Below the pieces are notes generated by a model. That model did not search any database. It had not been told where the DNA came from and saw nothing but the letters and a program-made list of their open reading frames with translations. The position numbers and the translations under genes are program-made. Positions 39,611-52,729 of a DNA stretch of 59,438 nt are shown piece by piece. Every line of letters begins with the position of its first letter. Positions within the stretch are counted from its first letter, which is position 1. Origin of the DNA: Octopus bimaculoides (taxonomy: Eukaryota); assembly GCF_001194135.2 (NCBI RefSeq), contig NC_068993.1:4601515-4660952 (forward strand). The letters run 5' to 3'.

Positions 39611-39892
39611 AAATAAAAAGACACACACATAAATATATATACATATATAAATTAACAAACCAAGGAAAAGACTTCTTTCAAAGAGGTGTGTGAAACAACC
39701 AATTCACTGGTACACCAGTTGAATACCATATAAATATGGGTAGAATGCAAATTACAAAGATAAAGTTAAATAGAAGGAGATAATTGACAATCCAATAATT
39801 TATTTATATTACAATATAACATAATATACTATAAATATGATATAACATAAACAATTATTAAAACAACAAAATGCCAACCATTTGTTTTGACT

Positions 39893-40150
39893 TCATCATC
39901 ATCATCATTATCATCGTTTAATGTCCGTTTTCCATGCTGGCATGTGTTAGATGGTTTCACTGAGGTCTGGAGAGCCAGTGGCTGCACCAGGCACCAATCT
40001 GATCTGGCAATATTTCTACGACTGGATGCCCTTCCTAACACCAACCTCTCCGAGAGTGTAGTGGGTGCTTTTACGTGCCACCAGCACAGGAGCCAGTCAG
40101 GTGGGCCTGGCATCGATCACAGCCAGATAGTGCTTTTTATGTGCCACCGA
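39893..40150 (-). mobile_element. SINE-R 3' module
   Basis: CATCGTTTAATGTCCGTTTTCCATGCTGGCATG..CTGGATGCCCTTCCTAAC..GTGCTTTTACGTGCCACC. Confidence 0.85.
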
Positions 40151-40436
40151 CTCTATATACATTTTTTTATATATAAACAATTCCCTTATATATAAGTCTC
40201 TTCATCGGCAGTGTTTAAAGAACGACAAAATTCCATGTGAAAGGACAGCTCGATTGTAAAAAATACTAATTCAAATGCCTACATATTATGAGCATGAACG
40301 TTAACCATTTAATTACAATTCGTATTTTATATTCACTGTATATTATGTTATATTATAATATAAATAAATTCTTAGATTGTCAATTGTATCTCTCTATTTA
40401 ATTTTACTATATACATATATAGGTATATATATACGA

Positions 40437-40810
40437 TGGGCTTCTTTCAGCTTCTTATGTCTTTATTGCCCTCAAGGGGCTAAACATAGAGGGGACAAAC
40501 AAGGACAGACAAAGAAATTAAGTTGATTACATCGACCCCAGTGCGTAACTAGTACTTAATTTATCAACCCCGAAAGGATGAAAGGCAAAGTTGACCTCGG
40601 CGGAATTTGAACTCAGAACGTAGCGGCAGACGAAATACCGCTAAGCATTTCGCCCGGCCTGCTAACGTTTCAGCCAGCTGACCGCCTTTCAGTTTCTGTC
40701 AACCGAATTCATTGACAAAGCTTTGGTCAGCCTAGAGCAATACTAAAAGATACTGAACCTGGAATCATGTGGTTGGGAAACAGACATTTTACCACACAGC
40801 CACACCTGCA
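40437..40810 (-). mobile_element. SINE-A copy split by a nested SINE-B (40451-40688)
   Basis: SINE-A sequence GGGCTTCTTTCAG resumes as CTTTCAGTTTCTGTC after a low-divergence SINE-B; CTTTCAG is duplicated at 40444-40450 and 40686-40692. Confidence 0.85.
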
Positions 40811-41529
40811 TTTATATATGTTGTTATATAATTAGATATGGAAAGAATTCACGCACGGTGTTTGAATTTCCAAAGTATTTACAACAGTGAAATATAAACT
40901 TTGCTTGCATTTGTTTACATTTTGCTTGTCAAGGTTATTGCAAGTTAATTGTCTTTGCAAAGCAGCTGTGACAGAATAGGAATCAGCATCACTTTGGTAA
41001 ACATGCCAAAATGTCCACTATTTCAGTCATCTAATATTCTCGTGTTAAAGAGCTGCAAAGATTTTGTGAAGCTCGAATTCTAACACACAAACACATATGA
41101 AAATACACACACACACACACACACACATACACATGACTTTATAGCATAATCATTATCACTGAGATGTGCTTTTTGAAACTCTTTCATAGATGAATTTGGA
41201 GAGAGAGAGAGGAGGGGGGCAGAGAAGGAGGAGTAGAAAGGAGAGAGAGCGAAGGAGAGATGGAGGGAGAGGGAGGTGCTCTCTGTCTCTCTATAAGACA
41301 CATATCTTAATTGAGCAGACATCCATACAAAAACAAGATGGCACCATGCTGATTTGCAATAGTCAAATGTCTCTCAAGACATATCTGCTGAACCAACTCA
41401 TGAAATATTATTATGTATCTACAGGGGGGACGGTGGAGCAACAGAGATATTGAAATGACAAACAAAATCACCATTATTTGATTAATTAGCGTCCTTCTTT
41501 CCAGCTTCTGAGTTCAAATCTGTGCAGGA

Positions 41530-41655
41530 ACTGAAGAAGCCTCCTCATGGATATTCCACGGTTTAGCCCAGGGTTATAGTAGAAAACACTTGACCAAGGT
41601 GCTATGCAGTGGGACTGAACCCAGAACCACTTCTTACCGCATAACCACACCTGAG
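41530..41655 (-). mobile_element. SINE-A fragment
   Basis: ATAGTAGAAAACACTTGACCAAGGTGC..GTGGGACTGAACCCAGAACC. Confidence 0.75.
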
Positions 41656-41891
41656 AAAATACAGTTCACCAGATATAACTAAGACAACTTCTTGCTGTTG
41701 TTGTTGTTGTTGTTGTTATTTTGGTGGTAAGGGCAGTTGTTAACGTTCATACCTATGAACTGTTCAACTGTTTTGAAGTATTGATTGTCAAACGTGAATG
41801 GTTGGTAATGTCAGTGTCTTGGGCGACAGCCATGTTTGTATTTCCAGGAAACTCAAGGAAGAAGTTCAGGAAACATCGATATTGTTGCCCA

Positions 41892-41923
<32 letters not shown>

Positions 41924-42666
41924 TGAAGGAATCTTTGTCATCAATACACATATACACACAGATATATATATATATATGTATGTATGTATGTATGTATACA
42001 CTAGTGTATGTGTCTGTCTGTCTTTGTTCCCAGTGTGGTGGTCTGTGCATACATGTAGATCTGTGTGTTTATGCATATATATTTGTGTGTATGTGTGTGT
42101 GTGTGTGCGTGTGTGTGTGTGTGCATATATGTTAAATGAAATAGTTTAAGACTTAAATCTGAGAATGCCTTTGATTAAGAAAAATTAATAAACACGCTTG
42201 TCTGAAGGACATCTCTTTCATGAAACCCAGTGATCTTCTGTGACTGACCTACATTTGGCATACATGCTGCCACTGTTGCTGCTGCTTCTGCTACTGATGA
42301 TCATACCGATGCTGATGCTGTTGCTGATGCCACTGCAGATGGTTTCAGAATGGAGGAAGATATTTATATAGTCTGTGCAATTTTTATAGGTCATTTCTTT
42401 AATATCACTTCAATCAAATATACCAGTATCTTCCAGCCATGGAACTTTGAAAGTTTCAGGGTTTTTTTTTTTTTTTTTTTTTTTTTGACATGTTAGAAAA
42501 ATATTACTTTCAGTAGAAATGGTTCTACTTTGCAAAAGATTTCCTCTCAGTGTTATTCGTATGTTCTAGAGATTTTAATATTTCTTGATATGAAATTGTC
42601 GGCTTGCAATCAATTAAAAATATGAAATTAAATACTTGTATATTTTGCTTTGGACATATTGTGCGT

Positions 42667-43103
42667 GAGAAGACCCGGCAAGCCAAGTGAGATCGTTGCC
42701 AGTGCCCCTGGACTGGCTCTTGTGCGGGTGGCACATAAGATGCACCATTTTGAGCGTGGCCGTTGCCAGTACCGCCTGATTGGCCTTCGTAGGATTTTCG
42801 AGCGAGATTGTTGCCAGTGCCCCTGGACTGGCTCTTGTGCGGGTGGCACATAAAAGACACCATTTCGAGCGTGGCCGTTGCCAGTATCGCCTGACTAGCC
42901 TTCGTGCGGGTGACACGTAAAAGCACCTACTACACTCTCTGAGTGGTTGGCGTTAGGAAGGGCATCCAGCTGTAAAAACTCTGCCAAATTTAGATTGGAG
43001 CCTGGTGTTGCCATCCGGTTTCACCAGTCCTCAGTCAAATCGTCCAACCCATGCTAGCATGGAAAGCGGACGTTAAACGATGATGATGATAATGATGATG
43101 ATG
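42667..43103 (+). mobile_element. Young SINE-R copy with internal tandem duplication
   Basis: CpG-rich; two ~115-nt units at 42689 and 42804, then GGAAGGGCATCCAGCTGTAAAA..GGACGTTAAAC(GAT)n. Confidence 0.9.
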
Positions 43104-43228
43104 CAGTTGCACACATATTTGCATGCACATATATCTACATGTACACATTGCACATATGTATATCTACAAAGATAAAAGCATTTCTGTCAAATTTGACAAT
43201 AAGTAGTCATTTTGTTTGACCAACTTTA

Positions 43229-43385
43229 TAATGGTTTCAAATTTTGGCACAAGGCCAGCAATTTTAGGGGGAGGGGTTAAGTTGATTACAGTGACATCAG
43301 TATTCAACTGGTACCTATTTTATTGACCCCAAAATGACGAAAGGCAAAGTGAACCTCAGTGAAATTTGAACTTGTGATATAAAGA
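43229..43385 (-). mobile_element. SINE-B 3' part
   Basis: Nearly identical start to 22591; TGAAAGGCAAAGTGAACCTC..ATTTGAACT. Confidence 0.8.
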
Positions 43386-43490
43386 TGGTGTGGTAATGAT
43401 TCTATCGGATCCCCACCTTCGATCAAACTTAATATTTTGATCATTGACTCAATGTCTAAGTATCTGAGTATTCCTCAGACATGTGTACCC

Positions 43491-44245
43491 TTAACCTTTT
43501 AGATACTATCTCACCTGTGACTGCCTTTGCTTCTAAGGTGCAAATTTTATGATTTAACTCTTTTGTAACTATACTTTAATACTAAGGGAATTAACTCTGA
43601 GTGAGTTATGGTGATAGCACTAACACTGCTGATGTTTCACAACTACCATGTCTACCACCGTTATTTCTGTTTTTCTTTTTAAATATAAGCTTGAGAGTAG
43701 AGGCAACAGAAAGGAGTTCCAGCTATATTAAATCTCCAAGCCGTTTAAATGCAAACATTTCTGAGATCCAAGTGGCAAACAAATATTATCAGAAGGGTAC
43801 CTGGAGGCAGCCTGTCTCCCTTAGAGTGTAAGAAGTTAAGGGTAAAAACACTTGCATGAGGTGGGGAGGTTTTCCTCTGAAAACCTGTTTTTCAGCTCTT
43901 TGTTTTGATCAATTTTGAAAATATTGAAGATTTAGTAAAATAATTTTATTATTAAGCTGGTGCTTAGAATATAATTAACATGGAATTTTAATGGAAGACT
44001 TAAATCTAGAAGACTTCAAAACAGAAAGTTTGTATCATTCAACCAAGAGTGGCCTCTGGTGCTTTGGTATCAAAAAGGTTAAAAGGATTTGAGTCAAAAC
44101 TTTCCATCAAAATTTCATTTTAATTTGTGCTTCAAACATCAGCTAAATGATTACAAAATTAGTTTACTAAATTCTACAATATTTTCAAAACTATTTGTAC
44201 TGAAGGCAGTATATTTCTTTACAAATATGGTAACAAAAAGGTTAA
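43491..44245. mobile_element. TTAA-bounded MITE-like elements (piggyBac-like), one nested in another
   Basis: TTAACC/TTAACT ends at 43491 and 43554 and GGTTAA ends at 44082 and 44245; ~110-bp internal inverted homology. Confidence 0.5.
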
Positions 44246-45190
44246 CGTGATCTAAATTAAACCCTTCAGTCAAAATTTCTCGTGCTAATACAGGTACCAC
44301 TAGCTTAATAACAACAAACTGTTATATTGATATGTAAACTGCAAGTGATAAATTTGCTGGTGTGTACAAAGCTTTGCCAAGCTAGGAAAGGCAGGGGTGA
44401 GCTCAGCAATAATTGAACTCAGAAGAATGTAAAGTTCTTGAAGAAATGACGAAGAGCATTTTCTCCAACATTCCAAGGAGTTTAATATTTCGCTAATGAA
44501 AATGACAATGATGATGACGATGATGACGATGATGACGATGATGACGATGATGATGATGATGATGACGACGACGACGATGATCATGATGATCATGATGATG
44601 ATGATAATGATGATGATGATAATCATAATAATAATAATAATAGTGATAATAATAATGATGTAGCTAGATATGAGAGCAGTTCTACATTTATTTACAAGAA
44701 TGTGAAGAGGATTTTATGAAAAAAAACATACAAGTTTGGTACATTTGATTACCATAAGTATTGTGTCAGGAAGTTTGGTTTTGTGAGAACAGCAAGAATT
44801 CTGTCAAATAGCATCAAATTGGATTTTTGGCATTGTGGCTGGAATTCTTTCGATTCTCTTTAGGGAAATTAAAAGCAGTTGAAAATAGCATATGTAGGTA
44901 TGGAAGTGTGCAGGTACGTATGTATATGTGTATATAAATATGTGCGCGTATGTAAGTGTTTGGCTACATATCTGTAGAAACACATATATGAAATGTATAT
45001 ATGTGTATATATGTTTGTAAATATATATATATATATATATATACAGAGAGAGAGAGAGAGAGAGAGTATACTCCTATATTCACATATATATACAAATTAT
45101 ACAAACACATATTTATAAGGATTTATATATGTAAACACTCATACATACATACCTGAATGTGTATATATACATACATACATGCAGATATAC

Positions 45191-45268
<78 letters not shown>

Positions 45269-45917
45269 TTATATATTTATCCATCTGTTTATATGTGTGC
45301 ATGTGTATGTACGTATGTGTGTATGTACTTATATAGTAAATCCGTAAAAGTATGCTGTTTATTATCCATATATGTACTTAACTATGTATATATCTACACA
45401 TATATATGCTTAAATATCTATGTTTATGTATATATGTATATATACATACACATATGTTCATGCATGCGAGTATATGTATATATATATATATGTATATATG
45501 TGACTGTATGTGTGTGTATATATATGTGTATATGTATATATATGTGTGTTTGTATATATAAATATGCAGGTGAGGATGCCCTGTTGTTCTCTCTTATTAG
45601 AGATGATCATGACTAGAGCCATAGTCATTTAACCGTTACCCTCCAGACGTCCCCTTCATGAACCGTGGCCGTCCACAATATTAACATTACATCCTGGTTT
45701 TTTTATTTTTTCCATCAAATTCTTCCCTTTAGTGTCATTCTAGTATAACCAGCATAATATTGAAAGACATTTGCATGCAGACATACATAAAAAACAAATG
45801 CTCGGAAACATACACATGCACAGTGATGCATGTGTACAATTTACATGTATATATGCATATACATGTATATATATGTATGCATTTATGTATATACGTATAT
45901 ATGACGATACATATATG

Positions 45918-46032
45918 CATCATCATCATCATCATCGTTTAACGTCTGCTTTCCATGCTGGCATGGGTTGGACAGTTTCACTGAGGACTGGTGAGCCAGA
46001 GGCTGCACCATGCTCCAATCTGATCTGGCAGA
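45918..46032 (-). mobile_element. SINE-R 3' module
   Basis: CATCGTTTAACGTCTGCTTTCCATGCTGGCATGGGTTGGAC..CTCCAATCTGATCTGGCAG. Confidence 0.85.
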
Positions 46033-46054
46033 ATCATACGTACATATTTACATC

Positions 46055-46091
<37 letters not shown>

Positions 46092-46198
46092 ATGTGTATA
46101 CATACATACATATATATATACATATGTATATATGTGTATACTCATACATATATATACATATTTATATATAATATATATAACTATATGTATATATATAA

Positions 46199-46238
<40 letters not shown>

Positions 46239-46780
46239 GATATATGCATACACATGTATATATGTATATGATATATATCATAGATATATGCATATAGCTA
46301 TCTACTTATCTCTCTCTCTATTTCTGTTTGTGTGCATGTGTGTGTCTGTCTGTGTTTCTGTGTCTCTGATGATGACAACGATAATGATGAGGATGATGAT
46401 GATGGCATTTATGTGTTTGTGTAACTATGTGTATGTGTCTTGCTATGTTTTTAGACAAAGATTGGAACAATGCGGATCAAAGATTGAAGGAATGTGGATC
46501 TTGCTGTAAATGTCTTTGAGCAATAAAATACTGGGCCAAAACGAAAAAAAAATGGAAAGAAGGAATATTCAACTTCACTGATTCCCATTTGGTCCAGCAG
46601 ACCTAAATTCCTATTCCTGAAGAAATGTAATTTAGGTTATTTGACATACGTTCCAAGATCGGTCCTGAATGACCTTGGTTGATGTTTGGAAACTCTACAA
46701 AACATATTCTAAAGATAAGGAGGAAATCTTCAGAGACAGCAGTGCTTGATGTGTGTGTACATATACATACATACATACAA

Positions 46781-46862
<82 letters not shown>

Positions 46863-46952
46863 NNNNNNNNNNNNNNNNNNNNNNNNNNNNNNNNNNNNNN
46901 NNNNNNNNNNNNNNNNNNNNNNNNNNNNNNNNNNNNNNNNNNNNNNNNNNNN

Positions 46953-47049
<97 letters not shown>

Positions 47050-47424
47050 TATTGTGTGAGTCTTAACAAATTGTTAGTGGAATTGTCAAAGCCCTGCTAA
47101 TTCTGGCATTGAAATAGCCAAAAGAAAGAAAACAGCTATAATGACAATGACAATAGCAGCTACAATAACATCATTGACAACAGCAACAGCAACAGCAATA
47201 ACAACAACAATGATATGCTGGAGCTGGAAAGAACTGGAGAATTAAAATGGCTAACGTGGCATCCTGCAGGAACTGAGAATCAAGGCTGAGGAAGTAAAGA
47301 GAAATATTGAAGCCATGGAAATGTTAAGTTTTCTAACAAAATGGTTCTTAAAGACATTGGGACAGTTGCCAAACTAATAAATGAGCATGTTGTTGTTGCT
47401 GTTGTTCCGATGTGAAATACTTTC

Positions 47425-47779
47425 TTTGGTCATCATCATTGTCATTGTTATCACCCAACTGCTCCTCCTTCTTTGATCCCTTCATTATTAGCGTCATCAT
47501 CTTCATCATCGTCATCCTTGTCTTTGTCATCATCATCATCATCATCAACATTGTCATAGTTTTCATCATCGTTGCCGTCATCATTGTCGTCATCGTTGTC
47601 ATCTTCAACATTGTCATCATCATCATCATCGTCGTCATCATCGTCATCGTCGTCATCATCATCATCATCATCATCATCATCACTGTTGTCATCATCATTG
47701 TCGTGGTCACTGTCGTCATCATCATCTTCCTCGTCCTCGTCGTTGTTGTCATCATCAACATCATCATCATCTCTGTCGC

Positions 47780-47827
<48 letters not shown>

Positions 47828-47850
47828 TATTATCATCATCATCATCCTCA
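47425..47850 (+). repeat. Long (CAT/CGT)n array
   Basis: Direct reading; source of the poly-D, poly-M and poly-S ORFs. Confidence 0.95.
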
Positions 47851-48199
47851 ACAAAAGCAGCAACAGCAGCTGCACCAATATATTCTTTGACCTCGCACTT
47901 TCCAACATTGACATCAGTTTCGGTCAGTGTTGTAGAATTGTCGTTTGGCAGCTGTGTCAAATATTTCCGTTGAATAAATCACAGAATAAATAAATAAATA
48001 AATAAATGAAAGACGCTGGAAAAGTAAAGGAACAATCGAATTATTATGATTTATTGAGTCTAGACAAAATGATGTTATTTCAAAATAATTGTAGATGTAA
48101 TTCTGGATTGTGTCTTCATCTTTGGACTGCCATATATGGAAACATTCTGCAGGATCATTTAAGAAGAATATTATCAAGTTAGTGATAATCTGTCTCATG

Positions 48200-48425
48200 A
48201 TAAGTACAAGGCCTGAAACTTTGGGGAAACATTGGCTCCAGTGCTCACCTGGTACTTAATTTATTGACCCTGAATGGATGAAAGGCAAAGTCGTCCTTGG
48301 AGGAATTTGAACTTAGAACGTAAAGACAGTTGAAACTGGTAATATTGGTTTTGGATTTAGGCACAAAGACAGCATTTTTTGGGGTTTTTTTTAAAGTGGA
48401 ATTGGTTATTCAGTATCAGTACCAT

Positions 48426-48476
<51 letters not shown>

Positions 48477-48560
48477 TAGTGTGTGACCAGGACTTTATTT
48501 TATCAACCCTCAAAACAATGGAAGCAGAAGTTGGTCTCTGCAGGATTGGAACTCAGAATG
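48200..48560 (-). mobile_element. Two adjacent degenerate SINE-B copies
   Basis: Core motifs at 48240-48320 and 48490-48560, with a (CT)n tract inside the second. Confidence 0.65.
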
Positions 48561-49924
48561 AAATATTAGCGTGACAGTTTAAACGATGACATTGAAAATG
48601 ATGATGACGACGACAGAGACGAGGAGGAGGAGGTGGTGGTGGTAGCATTGATGATAGTAATGATGATGATGATTCTATTTAGAATATTTTAGCTTTCCAG
48701 GTGACACGAAACACACATATTACCAAGTGAAGGAATTGAAACCCCTGACTTGGCAATATGCTGAACCATTCAGTGATGCATGGTCCTTTATTTTACATTG
48801 CTTTAGACTTCTTAGCTGTAAATGAGCACCGGCCAGAAACTGGGATAGCTACCCCTCTCTCCAACAGTCACATCCTCAATGTGCCACTGGATGCAAGAGG
48901 TTGCCACTGTCTGACCATCGTGGGCCAAGCAGTGCATTACATCCTTGAGCAAGACACCTCTCTTTCTTTCATGTTACTTCAGTTAACTCAGCCATAAATA
49001 GATAGATAGCAGCTGGGTGGTGGCACAACTCCCTTGCTCCCCCTCTCTACTGTCACATCTGTAATGTGCCACACGAGGAAGGCCTCAAAGGAATCTATGT
49101 CTGCTTGCAACCAGATAAGTGTCTAGAACTATTTGCAAAAGCATGATTCATTTTAACGAGCCATTCACACTCATGGCTGATGACTGACTCTACTAAAACA
49201 CGTTGACAGAACGTATATGCTTTTTATGATTAAAAACTTATGCAGAGTGTGAAAGAAAGGATTAAATAACAACTTATGCTTTACCTTAACCATATAAAAA
49301 TATAACAAAAATGACAATTTATTACTTCTGTTTAAACTTTATTATGTGCACAATTGACCAGAAAAAGCAATAAACACAAAACCGAAGCATCTACAAATTT
49401 CAAATAAAATTGAAAATACATTTTCCAAGCTAACATTACTTTGTATAAATGCCAAACCATGAACAGTTTATTACAAGTCTTTGACAAACAATTTTGTTTA
49501 TTTCCAGATAAACTGTTGAAGATATTTATGGCCTCAAATATAATTAGTGTTTTTTGTTGACACTTGTCTCTGTTTGAAGTCATTACAAAGTAACTGAGAT
49601 GACGCATAAAATTAACACTAGTCATTTGAACTTTGAAATTAATCCTAATCTTTAGTAGAACTTGTGATAATATCAGAAGTAAACCTCTGTATTTTAATGA
49701 ATCCAGGTCTATCGTTATAGAAATAATTAATTAAAAGCTTACAAACATCACTAGCAATCGACTTGACTTATAAGCAATAAACCTCTTGCATAAAAATACA
49801 TTGCTGGAGACTTGTCACCAGAGACTGCATGAAAATTCTAGAAATCCAGCCGGCAATTTAGTTTGTAATCTTTGTATCTTATGAGTTTATCATTAATAAA
49901 TTTTTAATAAATTAATAGTGAATT

Positions 49925-50435
49925 AGGCAGCAGCATGGCTCTGTGGTTAAGACATTTATTTTCAATGATTCAGTTTCAGGTTCAGTCTCACTGCATGGCA
50001 CCTGAAGCCAGTATCTCCTTTTCAACCAAAGTGGTTGAGTTCCTTTCGAGCATTGGGCCTCACAGAGGCAAAGTGGCCGATTTCCTTACAAGTGTTGAGC
50101 CTCACAAAGGTAGCTGAGTTCTTATCGAGTGTTGGGCCTCACAGAGGCAATGATCAAGACCTTTGGCATTATGTCATGCTTGAGAAGAAGACCCATCAAA
50201 CTGAGCAAAATCACAGTCATGGTAGGTACCGGTGTCATGCAAATTGGCACCTGTGCCAGTGGCACATAAAAGCACTCACTACACTCTCAGAGTGGTTGAC
50301 GACAGGCAGGGCATCCAGCAGTAGAAAACCATGCCAAATCAGTCTGGAGTCTGGTACAGCCTTCCAGCTTACCAGCCATGGCCAAACTGTCCAACCCATG
50401 CCAGCATGGACAATGGATGATGATGATGATGATGA
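49925..50435 (+). mobile_element. Full-length SINE with A-type tRNA head and R-type (GAT)n tail
   Basis: Head GCATGGCTCTGTGGTTAAG..GGTTCAGTCTCACTGC, three ~40-nt GGGCCTCACAGAGG units, tail GGGCATCCAGC..CCAACCCATGCCAGCATGG..(GAT)n. Confidence 0.75.
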
Positions 50436-50740
50436 TAATATGCATGCATACACATTGAATAAAATCATAATTAACTGTTTCGCATTTTCTTTCACCCAAA
50501 ACCACAAACTTTCCAGCAACCCTTTGTACATGCATTTGGTAATGGTTGACAGTGATTTTGAAGTTTTGGTCGACTGTCTGATGAAACTACGTCATAACTA
50601 CGAATTCAGCATCAACTTTTCACTTATCAAAGTTGGTAAATATGTACTCTACTAAAAAGTACTAAAAAGAGTAACTGTCTAGCTTAGTATTAAATTGTTT
50701 TTATATATAACTTGACATAGAACAAACCTATATATTTGTA

Positions 50741-51196
50741 GGTGCAGGAGTGGCTATGTGGTAAGTAGGTTGCTTACCAACCACATGGTTCTGGGTTCAG
50801 TCTCACTGCGTGGCATCTTGGGCAAGTGTCTTCTACTATAGCCTCGGGCCAACCAAATCTTTGTGAGTGGATTTGGTTGATGGAAGCTGAAAGAAGCCTG
50901 TCGTATATGTATATATATGTGTGTATGTGTGTGTGTTTATGTATCTGTGTTTGTTCCCCTCATCATCGCATGATAATCGATGTTGGTGTGTATAGATTAA
51001 GTACTAGGCTTACAAAGAATACATCCTGGAGGTCGATCTGTTTGATTTGTTAGACTAAAGGCAGAGTATCCAGCTGTAAAAATCCTGCCCAATCAGTTAC
51101 AGAAGCCTGGTGCAGGTTTCTGCCTGGTCAGTTCCTGTCAAACCATCCCACTCATGCCAGCATGGAAGGTGAATGTTAAACGATGATGATGATGAT
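50741..51196 (+). mobile_element. SINE-A (50741-51060) directly followed by a SINE-R tail (51061-51196)
   Basis: Head and core intact; junction at ..GACTAAAGG|CAGAGTATCCAGCTGTAAAA. Confidence 0.8.
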
Positions 51197-51513
51197 TTAT
51201 ACGTATGTATATACACAGATATGAATGTATGTGTATATATGTGTGTGCAACTGTGTCATCTTGTTTTGACACTGTATGCAAACTATAAATGAACATCACC
51301 ACCACATAAGCTTGAAAGCAGTGTTGTTGTTCATTTGCAATTTTCTATGCAAACATGTTCAGTCTTTTCGCTTTTCATATTCAAAGGAACAGGGGAAGCC
51401 TTAACTTATTTTGGAAGCAGGGGGAGTGTTGATGGGAGTGAGAGCATCCGGGTGTAGAAAATCTGCTAGAAGCAATTACTACAACAACTACAAATGTTAC
51501 TACTAAAACAACA

Positions 51514-51563
<50 letters not shown>

Positions 51564-51959
51564 NNNNNNNNNNNNNNNNNNNNNNNNNNNNNNNNNNNNN
51601 NNNNNNNNNNNNNNNNNNNNNNNNNNNNNNNNNNNNNNNNNNNNNNNNNNNNNNNNNNNNNNNNNNNNNNNNNNNNNNNNNNNNNNNNNNNNNNNNNNNN
51701 NNNNNNNNNNNNNNNNNNNNNNNNNNNNNNNNNNNNNNNNNNNNNNNNNNNNNNNNNNNNNNNNNNNNNNNNNNNNNNNNNNNNNNNNNNNNNNNNNNNN
51801 NNNNNNNNNNNNNNNNNNNNNNNNNNNNNNNNNNNNNNNNNNNNNNNNNNNNNNNNNNNNNNNNNNNNNNNNNNNNNNNNNNNNNNNNNNNNNNNNNNNN
51901 NNNNNNNNNNNNNNNNNNNNNNNNNNNNNNNNNNNNNNNNNNNNNNNNNNNNNNNNNNN

Positions 51960-52008
<49 letters not shown>

Positions 52009-52327
52009 GTAGTAGTGTAATTTTATATCTTTGAATGTTTGTGTTTTGTTTATTGCTAGAGAATTATTTGAAACAATTTCCTTCCATAAAGTATTTCCAA
52101 ATAAAATTTAACATGAAAATAAGATAAAACAAAACCAAAAATCGAAAGAAAGAAAACAAAAACAATAAAATTTAATATAAAATAAAATGGAATAAAAACT
52201 AAAAAAAAATATCATGAATGAAAAATACTTATTAAATTAAAGATGCTTCAGTGTTTCATTCTATTCTACATTTATTCAACACCCAGCACACATCTATACA
52301 CACCTCTATGTGTGTGTGTATCTATGT

Positions 52328-52381
<54 letters not shown>

Positions 52382-52663
52382 TCACACACACATACACATA
52401 TATGTATGTATACGCATTCTACACATTCATAGATGTACACGGGAACTACTATGTCTGCCATACCTTCACATGAACTCTCCCGTTTCTACTTAGAGTTGTA
52501 TGTGAGTGGATGTAGATGGCTGTGGGTGTATATATATATATGCACAAATACATACATACATACATATATATATACATCCAGATAAGAATGTATACATACA
52601 TATATAATTATATATTCATGTGTGTGTGTGTATGTGCATGCATGTATGTATGTTTACATATAT

Positions 52664-52729
<66 letters not shown>

